Below are positions 12,588 to 24,400 of a stretch of DNA of 64,000 nucleotides, in pieces (position 1 is the first letter of the stretch; every line of letters starts with the position of its first letter). The notes beneath the pieces are model-generated. The model ran no database searches. It was not told where the DNA came from and saw only the letters and a list, made by a program, of their open reading frames with translations. The position numbers and the translations under genes are program-made. Source of the DNA: Sphyrna mokarran (Eukaryota); NCBI GenBank assembly GCA_024679065.1, contig JAGIQG010000048.1, forward strand, positions 62,001 through 126,000, in the 5' to 3' direction.

Positions 12588-13074
12588 ATGTCGCCTTTCT
12601 AGAGTAACAAAATCGCTCGACAGAACGTTACACAAATCAGTGAAGAATGAATCAATAAACAATATGGCAACTCAAATATTGTGAAAGTCACTGGACAATT
12701 TGAAGCTTTAAATTATTTGTCAGAACCGTGTAAAAATCAATCTGGATTTTGAAGCTTCTATAAATTTATATTAGATAGAGATTGTTTCAGTCATACAGCC
12801 ATTTTTAAAATGGTCACATACTCGTTATATATCAAGAGTTTCTGTGTGATGATGAGGTGATTACTTGTCAATAAAGTTCAGAGGCTGCTGGGTAGCTACT
12901 ACTATTTTGTCCTGATTTCATTCAATCTCCCGCTGAATTCTGGGGCAGAAAAGCCAATGCATTTGAATCCTAATATCTTATGTTAAATATACTGCAATTA
13001 AATTGGCATCAGATAAAATATTGATAATAATTGGTGAAATATTAATTTATTTTTGTGAATTGAAGATTATTGGT

Positions 13075-13770
13075 AATATTGGCACCAGGCAATGACCATT
13101 TGCAAAAATGAAAAGTCTACTCCTTGTCATATAATGATATTGTGACACTGAATCACAGACTACAAACATCGCTGGGATACCATTGGCTGGCATTAGTTCG
13201 GTATGTGAATACTCCGGCTGCAATATCAGGTCAACATGCTGTGGGTAACTCACCTCCTGACTCCTCAAATCTCTGCACCACCTACATGACACATATCAGG
13301 AGACTGAAATGGTTCTCTCCGCTTGTTTGAGTAAGTGCAGTTCGAACAACATTCAAAAATCTTCATTCCATTCAGGACAAAGCAACCGGTATAACATTTG
13401 CAAATATTCTCTCCCTCCACCAGAGAGAATCATTATCTACAAGTTTCACTTCCGAACCTCATCAAGATTCCTCAGTCAGCACCTTCCAACCACGTGACAG
13501 TTACCATCTAGAAGGAACATGGTCACAGTTACTAGGGAATATCACCTATAAATTCCCCTCCCAGTCAGTTATATACCTGATGTGGAACTATATCATCCTT
13601 CCTTCATTGTCTTTGGATCAAATCCTAGAACTCCCTCTTAACAGGACGGTATGGGTGCCTACACCGCAGGATCGGCAGCATCTCAAGAAGGCAGCTTACC
13701 ACCAGCTTACTAAACACAATTAGGGATAGGCAACAAATACTGACTTGGCCGGAAACACCCATATCCCTTC
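13075..13770 (+). mobile_element. Old, decayed CR1/L2-type LINE 3' fragment
   Basis: Degenerate RT-tail residues (QAMTI, VTHLLTPQ, IQDKA) and 3' end AAGAAGGCAGCTTACCACCAGCTT; related pieces at about 5450-5665, 33750-33965 and 43500-43900; family assigned from recall. Confidence 0.55.
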
Positions 13771-14013
13771 AATTAAAACGTCAATATATCAATGTTTATG
13801 AATGGATGATGACTAAAATTATGCATCTTTGAGAATGGATGGCAATTGATGGAAATAAATACCAACTTTCTGAACATTTATGACCTTCGCACTTGTAGTT
13901 CTCCTTTCGCTCTGGACTCGGATCAATATCAGTTGTTCCTCGATGAGACCAGGACCCTATTTAAACTGTACTTTCTGAGTTATAACTGTGCTGAACTATA
14001 TTTCAGTTAATAT

Positions 14014-14300
14014 GGGTGGCACGTTGGCACAATGATTATCCCTGCTGTTTGACATCACCAGGGACCTGGCTTCACTTCCCAGCTATGGTGACTGTCTGTG
14101 TGGAGTCTGCCTGTTCTCCCTGTGGCTGCTGGTTCTATCCCCGTCCCCCGGTTTCCTCCCACAGTCCGAAGGACGTGCTGTTTAGGTGAATTTCGGCCAT
14201 GCTACACTCTCGCTTAAATACTACCCCAGCAGCTGAGTAGGGGATTTTTACAGTAACTTAATTACAGTGTTAATGTCGGCCTAATGACACTGATAAATAA
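14014..14300 (+). mobile_element. tRNA-derived HE1/V-type SINE (mirror at about 27363-27649, minus)
   Basis: GGGTGGCACGTTGGCACAATG head; central TGTGTGGAGT...CCGGTTTCCTCCCACAGTCC domain. Confidence 0.75.
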
Positions 14301-14469
14301 GCTTCAAAATTTCAATCTGACTGCGTCTCCATTCCAACTGCATCAAAACATTTATGTGCGTGTGTACTAAACTGAAACAAAATTCTTGCATTACAAGTGT
14401 TTCGGTAACAGTATTGCTTGAACAGTTCATGAAATCAAATGCTCTCGATCTTGTTTTAGTTGGAGTTTG

Positions 14470-14900
14470 CTGTATGAGGAACGGGTTGAGGATTCTGGTT
14501 CTGTACTCGTTGGGAGTTTAGAAGGATGGCGGGGGGATCTTATTGAAACTTCCAGGATCCTGCGAGGCCCTGGATAGAGCGGACACAGAGAGGATGTTTC
14601 CACTAGTAGGAACAACTCGAACCAGAGAGGGAACAACCTCAGGCTAAAGGGACGATCCTTTAAAACAGAGATGGGGAGGAATTTGTTCAGCCAGAGAGTG
14701 GGGAATGTGTGGAACTCTTTGCTGCAGAGGAGGCCGGGTCACTGAGTGTCTTTAAGACAGAGATAGATAGGTTCCTGATTAATAAGGGGATCAGGGAAAA
14801 GGCAGGAGAATGGGGGATGAGAAAAATATCAGCCATGATTGAATGGGGGAGCAGACTCGATTGGCCGAGTGGCCTCATTCTGCTCCTATGTCTTATGGTA
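14470..14900 (+). mobile_element. CR1 LINE 3' fragment (mirror at about 26762-27190, minus)
   Basis: GDLIET...FSQRVGNVWNSL...FKTEIDRFL and CR1-type 3' UTR. Confidence 0.85.
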
Positions 14901-15280
14901 TGATCTTAAAGCTCCATCAGTCCATGTATGTGTTTATTTGACCCTGACTCTGCCCACATTTCATGCGACCAGGTCACTGTTATTAATGCACTGGATTTTG
15001 CATTTGTTTGAATTCTAGGCACATTAATCTACGGTTCTGTGAGAATAAGTTACTATGTTGTGCTAAAAACAATTGTATTCAGCAGGATCCTGAAACAGAA
15101 ACTATTGCATCGACAGTGCAGCCAGCGCAGAATTGGATTTCTAGAGATCACTTGCTCCAGTGCCCAAGACCAGTCTCCATCCGAGAGAGTGGTGTCTGTA
15201 GGAGATCACAGAGAAATGTGTTCCCCAGCCATTTTTCACATTACTGCGCCTTGTCTAGAGCAGTAATAACTGAGTCGTAA

Positions 15281-15748
15281 GAACATAAGAAATAGGAGCA
15301 GGAGTCAGCCATCCAGCCCCTCGAGCCTGCCCCGCCATTCAATAAGATCATGGCTGATCTGAAGTGGATCAGTTCCACTTTCCCGCTTTCTCCCCGTAAT
15401 TCCCTTGTCTATCAGAAAACTATCCACTCTCGACTTGAACATATTCAGTGAGGAAGCCTCCACCACCTCATCAGGCAGCGAATTCCAAAGATTCACCCCC
15501 CTTTGCGTGAAGAAACCCCTCCGCAACTCCAAATTGAACTGCTCCCTGCCCCCCTAATCTTGAGGCTGTGCCCTCTAGTCCTGCTATCTTTGCTAAGCGG
15601 GAAGAGTCTCTCAGCCTCTACCCTATCCATCCCCTTCATTATCTTATACGTCTCTATAAGATCCTCTCTCAGCCTTCTAAACTCCAAAGAGTACGAACCT
15701 AGCCTATTCAGTCTCTCCTCATAATCCAACGCCCTCATCTCCGGTATC
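15281..15748 (-). mobile_element. CR1 LINE 3' fragment (mirror at about 25890-26359, plus)
   Basis: YEERLNRLG.YSLEFRRLREDLIETYKIMKG...FFTQR.VNLWNSLP. Confidence 0.9.
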
Positions 15749-18700
15749 CGTGTTCAATATGAAATAAACGTGGACGTAGTCAAGTGCAGACCTAAGACCG
15801 CATCCACTTTAGTAGAGAGACAGGTCTACATTAATAAAAGCAGAGTGTCTGTCGAGCTTAATAGAAACAGATAAATGGTGGTGTGTCATATAAACAAAGA
15901 CAGCATCTAATTTTGTATAAACAGAGAGCATATCTAGTGTAATATGAACAGAGAAATATCTTCATTTAATATAAACTGGCATACTGATTAGTTAATTTAA
16001 CATCAGCAGAGCAGTGTCACGGAGGAGTGTTATATAGAAACTGGGCCTAGTGTCCCATCAAACATTCCAAGCTCAGGCACAGCATGTGTTTAGGTGCTGA
16101 GTGTTAAGCTCCCTCCACATTGCAATATTAAACGTTCCCGAGGCACGGGATAGATACGAAGTGAATCTCCATCCCCACCGTCTCAATCTAATATTGGCTG
16201 TTGAGAAATAATCAAACTCTCCATTCAAACAGGCGGGTGGCCAGGACAGGACGGGTTAGATTTCCAGGGAATGTCCAATATACACTTTGGAGAAAAGCTG
16301 CCCTGATATATTCCAATTAATTGAATTAGATCCATTTAGTTAGAAGCCTATTGATTTGGCTGAGGGAATACAATAACTGGAGCTTGACCTGATGTTGTTG
16401 AAAATGATCTATCGTGAGAGACAAGACAGAGAATCAGATAGGAGAAAAACACAGGGACATAAAACACAAGAAATCTCCACAAGTATATTTGCGGTGGCGT
16501 TGTATTTCGAGATTACAGGGAATCTTTCCCACAGAGATGATCATAGTCCTTTTTGTGTAAAATAACACATGAAGAAAAATGTCCAAGGAACGATCAGGAT
16601 TGGAATCCGTTGATTTATATCCACGTTTGCCTATTTCTGTACTGTGTTGATGGAGAAATTTTTCTTGTGATTTTTCTCAGTCAATAAATGTATTCTGGGA
16701 TTGCTATTTCTCTGTTTATTTACACAAACGTCTCACTGGTTGGGATGAAGTTTCACGACCGCAAAACCAGATAAAGAGTCACTTTTCGATTCGTTTTAAC
16801 TCAGAATAACGGTTTGATGTAAGTACATTGACAGTTGATTCAAAATGAAGAGAATCTTCCTGAATACCCATTAGAGCAGGTGCTGTTTAATTCAAATAAA
16901 GAGATCCTTTCTAAATAAACATTTGTTCTGATGTCAAAATAAATAAAACGTATTTGAACAGGTTGGTATTCCACTGAATGTCTAATTTGATTGACGATTT
17001 GATCTACTTAAATTGGACAAGTTAAAGCATCAGCCGCCGAGTGAGTACAATCTCAGGGCTTTCAACATATCAAATATTGTATTGTGTATTGGCAACATAT
17101 GGAAAGAGCTTGCATTTAGTTCATGGAAATATAGAAACCATACATTGCAGAAGGAGGCCATGCAATCCGTCATGTTTGTATTGATAACAATCTCACCCAG
17201 GTTCTATCCCTTTAACCCAATTCACCCTGTCAATCTCACTAACCTGTACATTCTAAGGCACTAAGGGACAATTTAGCAATCGGCCTAACCCATTACATCT
17301 TTGCACTGTGGGATGTGGATTAGCCTGGTTGAAAATTATGTGTGGTGGCTCACCGGGAGAGAAGGCCTGGCTTGGTGGGATACAAACTCGTAACTAGATG
17401 GCCTTTTTTCCGACTGTAGAATGCTATGGTTCTCTGTATACCACATATCAAAACCATTTCCGTGCTAATTTATTTTAAATATCCTATTTTCAATAAGCCC
17501 CCTTTTGGTGAAATGATCTCCTTTATCAATTCCCCCCTTTCAGTTTTCCCCATTGCTAACCTTCAGCCCATCCTGCCTTCCACAGTGCGTGAAAACACCA
17601 AACGTTTTCAACATTTAACATTAAATATTTATTGACACCCTTCTGCTGGTGCGCTCTTGTGTACAAATGCCCCACTGTTTTGTCCCGCCGTTGACTTCTC
17701 TGCGCTAGAAATCTGTTGGAAAATGAATAAATCACATTTCCAATGACGGAAATTGATCTGCTCAGTGTTTTACTAAACTTCCTGATGTACGACTCAGTTG
17801 TGTGCTGATTTGTGAACACAATGGCGAAAAGGGACCCTGGAGATATTGCCGACAGCACAAAATTACATCTGTAATTCTCAGACTTCTTATTTCTGTAGAT
17901 GCAAAGAGTTGAAACATCTGCTACTCTCCAGAGAAGGAGCAATATTTCTGTTTAACCGTTACCTTCCCCAGTTCCATGGTAACCATCCTAAATATTTTCT
18001 ACTGTGTGTAGGTTGTACAATCTCTGTAATACGATCAATCAGGATCAGGTGTATCATGAGGTTGGCCAGACCTTGTGTGATATAAACAGTGACATTGCCT
18101 CGTGGACATGGACCGCAGCGATTCAAGATAGCAGCTCAGGGGCAATTAGAGAAGGGCAAGAGATTCAGTGCTACCCACATCCTATAAATGATTAAAAATT
18201 ATTTCTAACTACAGAGACAGAATCTAATCCAATATAAACAGAGATTCTAACACAACGATAACATTAACTGACTGGGAGAGTCCTGTAAACCAGTGTGTGA
18301 GATTTCCAAGAGAGAGAACGTGGTAGAACATTTAAATTAATATTTTTTGTGCGTGTGATAATTCTAGAAAAAGTAATTTGTCCAATAATAACCGGCAGGT
18401 GTGGAATGAAGCAAGATGAGGTACAGGTTCTAATTCACAACGGATTGGGTAAGGTGTCCAAAATAATCATAGAGAATGAGAACATTATAATTTGAATAAC
18501 CGGCTCCATTGTATCACTAAGAGCTGGATTCGGGGTCAGACTGGGATCTGATATAAAGAAACAATCGTTTCTAGGGCTTTGGGGAAGGTTTCTTTGTCAT
18601 GATGAGGGACGCAGGGATCTGTGTAGCAAACAGGGATTGGAAATCCTATGATTGACTCCACCTGACTAAGAGCCTGTTATTCCCAAGGAGGGGGAACAGA

Positions 18701-19003
18701 CATGGCAGAATCCATAAAGTTCTGTTCCCTGGGGTAACAATAGTGAATCTTTCAGAGGAAAAGAAATTTTCATTATTACAAACAGTTCCACATTTACAGA
18801 TAGAATTCAGACACGTGAGGATTGAAAGGACTAAGTTGGAGAATATCATCAGAGGGAAAAAAGAACAGTGTAATAAACGTTAAGAGTAATGTGATTTTCC
18901 TAAACCAGTTCAATCCAGTGCTAATTCGTTCAAAGTGATGGTTTATAAATAGAATTGGATAATTGGGAATTCAGAATAGTCCACTCCCCACCCCAACCGC
19001 CTC

Positions 19004-19170
19004 NNNNNNNNNNNNNNNNNNNNNNNNNNNNNNNNNNNNNNNNNNNNNNNNNNNNNNNNNNNNNNNNNNNNNNNNNNNNNNNNNNNNNNNNNNNNNNNNN
19101 NNNNNNNNNNNNNNNNNNNNNNNNNNNNNNNNNNNNNNNNNNNNNNNNNNNNNNNNNNNNNNNNNNNNNN
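19004..19170. other. Assembly gap inside the spacer of the inverted duplication
   Basis: Run of N. Confidence 1.
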
Positions 19171-20174
19171 TAAGTAACAGAAGAATTATACAATTGTATA
19201 AATACTGCATTTTATTCAGTCTCAATGAAGGACAGGGGAGACACAGACACGTTGCCAGGGCAATGATAGATAAGAACCATTAAAATGGACCTATTCTCAA
19301 AAATCCTTCACATTTTAACTCCATGAAGGATAAGTTACTGTGAAATCTGATTCCATCCGCCTTCCAAGCTCTTTATTCCTGTTCATGCCAACTCTTGGGT
19401 CAAGGTGAAAAATTAAAATTCTGTCTCCCTGTTCGGTAAAATAAAATACTTTATTTTTTGCCCATTGTTTACCGACCGTCCTTGGAGTTGTTCTCTCTTT
19501 AATCACCCCTCTCCCAACCTCATGATTTTGAAGACTAATAAAAGTGTTCAAAAGCTTGACAAGGAGATAGACAGGGACAGCGGGAGGGTTAGGAGGGAAA
19601 AAGAGTGCTGATAGATATAAAAACTGAGAAACAAAAAGAAAATAGATGGGGAGAAAATGATCAACAAATACAAGATAACAGCTATCATTCCCTTCCTACA
19701 TGGAATCTGGGAGAGCTCAGTGACTGATCCACTGCCCATTCAGTTCTGGAAACTCTGAACAGATCACATCAGACCCATTTGTAAATGTCACCGCAGTGTG
19801 ACCTGTGTGACTCTGTGGACAGATATAGGCTGCACTGACAGATGTTCTCACCAGATTGTGGTCCCTGGGTTTATTTTCTGCTCAGAAGCGAGATGTGCGG
19901 TTTGGAAGCGGCAGCAAGAAACAGGAGAATGAACCAACCGGGCCCAGTTTGACGTTATCACCGTGAACAGTCTTCCTGCCTGTGAGGGTGAACTCACTCT
20001 GAAAACATCAAGAACAACCACACAGATATTGCTGTCGGTCTCAGCATTATATTCACCTCCATTCCCATTTTAATGTAGCAAGTAAAATGATCATATTTGT
20101 GTTTAATTGAAGGGAACACTATCACTGAGACACAAGAGGGAAATTTAAAACATTTTCTATGGATTAAAAACCAA

Positions 20175-20310
20175 ATTTGAGACAATTTAGGGAGAATTTG
20201 TTTTGCCAATTAGCCTAAGAGCACATCTTTGGGATGTGGGAGGAAACCGGAGCACCCGGAGAAAACCCACGCAAGCACGGGGAGAATGCGCAAACTCCCA
20301 CAGACACAGG
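20175..20310 (-). mobile_element. HE1/V-type SINE fragment
   Basis: TGTGGGAGGAAACCGGAGCACCCGGAGAAAACCCAC core. Confidence 0.8.
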
Positions 20311-22914
20311 CCCAAATCCATGTATCTGCACAGCACAGCGATAGTCACTGAGCTGTCGTGTTGCCCATCAAATGGTCCAGGTCAAGCGTACACTAACGAC
20401 GTGAAGCACTAGGATACTCTCGAAAAAAATCCAAGAGCAGCCCTCTCACGACCCATCGCGTGTATGCCCCTTGTTAGACAACAAGGTGAACCAAAGCACC
20501 TGTAGGATAAAAACAAGTACATCAATATCATCATCTATTTACACACTTCCCAGGGACTCCCAAGGCTCATGATCCCTATTTTAAATCAGTTTTCTATACC
20601 CCTCCATTCCCATCACTTTAAGAACATTCAAGACATTCAGTAAATTTCGACATCGACTGGCAAAAAAATGTGCAGGTAAATACTGAATAAATGAACTTGA
20701 AAGTAACAGCAGTTATTTACACAGTGATTAGCACTGGTACCTCACACTGTGACGGACACAGAGTCCATTTCCACCTTGTGTAACTGTGTGCACATTCACC
20801 CCATGTGGGTTTCATCCAGATTTACCGTTTTTCCCCTACAGTCCAAAGATGTCCAGGTTTGTAGGAATGGCAGACCAAACTGCTCCTTAGTGTCCATTTG
20901 CAGTGCAACGTGGCACACCTTTATTGTGTTCCTCAATCGCTTTTGAACAAGAGGATGTTACACATTGGATTCCAAACTCTGTACAAGATATTGCAGGCAA
21001 TACGAGAGCAATTAGATATTCTAGCCAACTGCTAGTAGTTATTAACAACACATTCCTCGAACCCCATTCATCGACACAAATATATTTTGAAGCTAATATC
21101 CATTTGTTCATCTCGCTGGCTCCTTCTTTCTTTTAGCATTTTATAGAAAAACAATTGCTGAGACAGTGTTGGATTTATGATCAGGGCCCAGTATAATACG
21201 AAGGAGAGTCAAATAAGCCAAGCACAATTACATCTGAAGTGGAGCTTAATGTAACAGAAATGACATTTTGAATGAACAGAAGTTCAAAAGTGATGATTTG
21301 TAGCATTTCCCACAGCGTGCCATCATATAATAATAAATAAAACGGCATATTATAAAACCTATTGCAATAATGATTCAAATGAGTAATTAAAGAGGCATAG
21401 CCGAATGCATTGTTGGATATAACTGTTACAAATGTGTGTGTGAGAGAGAGAGAGAGAGAAAGGAGGCAAGAGAGATAGAGGCAGGCACAGAGAAAGAGAG
21501 AGGGAGAGAGATGCACACGAGTACCATTCCACTTAACAATGAATAATCTGCTGAGTGTTTCTGGCATTTTATTTTTCCCAGGTCTCATTTATCCACAGCA
21601 CCTTGTTTTTGAACAACGGGATATTTGATCAGGATATTGACCGGATGACCGATAAAGGGACAATTTTACAGTTTGATTTAGACGAAGGAAGTGAGATCAG
21701 GAGATTTAGGGAGGGAATGACAAAGATTAGGGTCCAGGCAGATGAAGATATCCCAAACTGAAAAATCATTTCGAAGAAAACAATTCAAATTGCAGAAAAT
21801 ATATATTTTAAATTGTATTCAGGAAAAAAAGAAAGGCCTTCTTTCTTGTCCTGTGGCCATTTCATTCCATTTCTCTCTGAAACAGATGAACAATTAATGA
21901 TTGGATAGACATTTAGCCTATGAGAGTCCATTTGGCGATATTGCGAGTACACAATTCTGTCTCACACTGTCCATGAACGGTATAAACGAAACAGGAGAAG
22001 CGAAACAACCTTTGTCGCCAAAATCTGTCGCAAGTTGACACACAGTGCGACACTGTTCAACTAATGAAATGTATCACAACAGATGCTGCTTGAAGGTCTT
22101 GCAAGGAGCACTGCACGATTGTTCAGAGATTGACCTGTCTCCCAGTTAATCGCTGAGAAATTATTATAACGTTCAAGCTACATATTACCCACACCATAAC
22201 AGAGTAACTAGAAGTTTCTCACAGCTACTTATAGAAATTAGCACAAAAAAAATGAAATCTACACTTTCAAACAGGAATGATTGGTGTTCCACAGGCACAC
22301 CCATATTATATCATGATTGATAATATTCGGCAGGCAACATTCTCATCGTTGTATGTTGGATTAACAGCTACAGGTTCTGATCTAATGTAAAGAGAGAAAT
22401 ATTATGTAATATATAAAGAGATGAGATTCTATGGGATATCATCAAACACATGGCTTACTCTTGAGAGGACTTAATGTAGCATAACTAGAGAGATGGCCCA
22501 GTGTAGCATAAGGAGAGAAAGGAGCGAATGTAGTGTGAAAAGAGACAAGGTTTGCTGTCATACAATGAAAGCTTGGTCTGGTACAACACAAATAGAAAGA
22601 TGGTCTTGTGTAATGCAATCAAGCAGTCTCTACCGTAGGCCTCCCCTTTTGCCAGAGGGTAACAGTTTCTTTCCAACGAGTAAAACATTCCCATTAATAA
22701 CTTTGAAAGTCTGTACTAAACCTCCCAATAAACTGCTCCGTTCGAAGGGAACCAGACCAAGCACCCAGCTGTTCTGATAGTGCACCTCATGTATGGTTAA
22801 CGTCAAGCTCCATAAAGACCTCTTACCTCGCGTGTTTCTCCATGATGGAACTTTGACGTGGATTCCCATTAGTCAGTGTCATTGTGTCAAAATAATATTG
22901 AAGGGTGGGAGAAG

Positions 22915-23710
22915 TTCTAGGACATAGAACACTACAGCACAAACAGGCCCTTCGGCCCACAAGTTGTGCCTATCATAGCTATACCTACCAGGTCATAGAA
23001 CTATCTGTAACTCCCAATCCCATTAAATCCCATGTACTCATCCAGAAGTCTCTTAAAAGACCCCAGCGAGTTCGCTTCTCCCACCACTGACGGCAGCCGA
23101 TTCCATTCACTCACCACCCTCTGATATGTTGGCCTTTATAGCGAGGGGGATCGAATATAAAAGTAGGGAGGTTCTGTTGCAGGTGTATAGGGTACTGGTG
23201 AGGCTGCAGCTGGAGTACTGTGTGCAGTTTTGGTCGCCACATTCGAGGAAGGATATATTGGCCTTGGAGGAGGTGCAGAGAAGGTTTACTCGGCTGATAC
23301 CGGAGATGAGAGTTTAGAAGGCTGAGAGAGGATCTTATAGAGACGTATAAGATAATGAAGGGGATGGATAGGGTAGAGGCTGAGACACTCTTCCCGCTTA
23401 GCAAAGATAGCAGGACTAGAGGGCACAGCCTCAAGATTAGGGGGGCAGGGATCAGTTCAAATTGGAGTTGCGGAGGGGTTTCTTCACGCAAAGGGTGGTG
23501 AATCTTTGGAATTCTCTGCCTGATAAGGTGGTGGAGGCTTCCTCACTGAATATGTTCAAGTCGAGAGTGGATAGGTTTCTGATAGACAAGGGAATTACGG
23601 GGAGAAAGCGGGAAAGTGGAACTGATCCACTTCAGAACAGCCATGATCTTATTGAATGGCGGGGCAGGCTCGAGGGGCTGGATGGCCAACTCCTGCTCCT
23701 ATTTCTTATG
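22915..23710. mobile_element. Two adjoining CR1 3' fragments (about 22915-23125 minus, 23126-23710 plus)
   Basis: CATAGAAC tail on the left piece; LAFIARGIEYKSREV...[10 protein letters not shown] and FFTQRVVNLWNSLP on the right piece. Confidence 0.88.
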
Positions 23711-24177
23711 AAGAGCAATTATGAAGACCTTCGTTTGCAAGAAGATTTGAGATCGGAGTTAGGTAGGTGTACCTGTGGGTGTGCGGGAGAACCCGGAAGA
23801 AAGCCTTATAGACACGGGGTGAAGGTGCAGACTCCATAACATGAGGGCGGGACATGTGGCTAGCACTGCTGCCTCCATTCCCAGCTTGGGCCACTGCCTG
23901 TCCACAGTTTGTGTAGGTTTCCTTCCGGTTTCTTCCCACCGTCTGGAAAGATGTGCTGGTTAGGTGCATTGTCCATGCTAAACTCTCCGTGGGCCATTCA
24001 TTCTTCAACCAAAATCACAAAATTGCTGTTTGTTTATCAAACTTGGGAGGCTGTTGTTCCACCAACACTTCCTGCATTCCCAATATTACAGCAACGCATA
24101 AATTCCACAAAAATACACCAGAGAGTTTTAAATGCTTTGGCGCGACCTGAGTTCGGGGAAAGCGTTATATAACCGTG

Positions 24178-24400
24178 GACGGCGCGGTGGCACAGTGAGA
24201 TGGCATGGTGACACACTGCTATCTTAGAGCTCCAGAGCCCTGGGTTCGATTCCCAGCGTGGGGTCCCCTGTCTGTGCAGAGTTCACACATTCGACACAAG
24301 TTGGCAAGGTTTCCTCCAGATGCTCCGGTTTCCTCCCACAGTGCAAAGATGTAACGGCCGATTGCTAAATTGTTCCTTAGTGCCTTAGAATGTACAGGTC
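24178..24400 (+). mobile_element. tRNA-derived HE1/V-type SINE spanning the inner end of the right arm
   Basis: A-box-like TGGCACAGTG, B-box GGTTCGATTCC, core GCTCCGGTTTCCTCCCACAG. Confidence 0.82.

Larger units (their letters stand above)
1..17313. repeat. Left arm of a large inverted segmental duplication (partner 24335-39412)
   Basis: Near-identical reverse-complement match; outer coordinates sum to about 39415 (V ORFs 1094-1453 / 37962-38321; ORFs 4250-4549 / 34866-35165); inner ORFs also mirror (17013-17264 / 24377-24628). Confidence 0.95.

Noticed and set aside
18930-19283. ORFs spanning the poly-X region
   Set aside because: Artefacts of the N gap
22490-22870. Possible solo LTR (AATAAA at about 22727 followed by a U5-like stretch); 18280-18720 gave a similar impression
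   Set aside because: No clear TG...CA ends, target-site duplication or second copy; needs a repeat-library search
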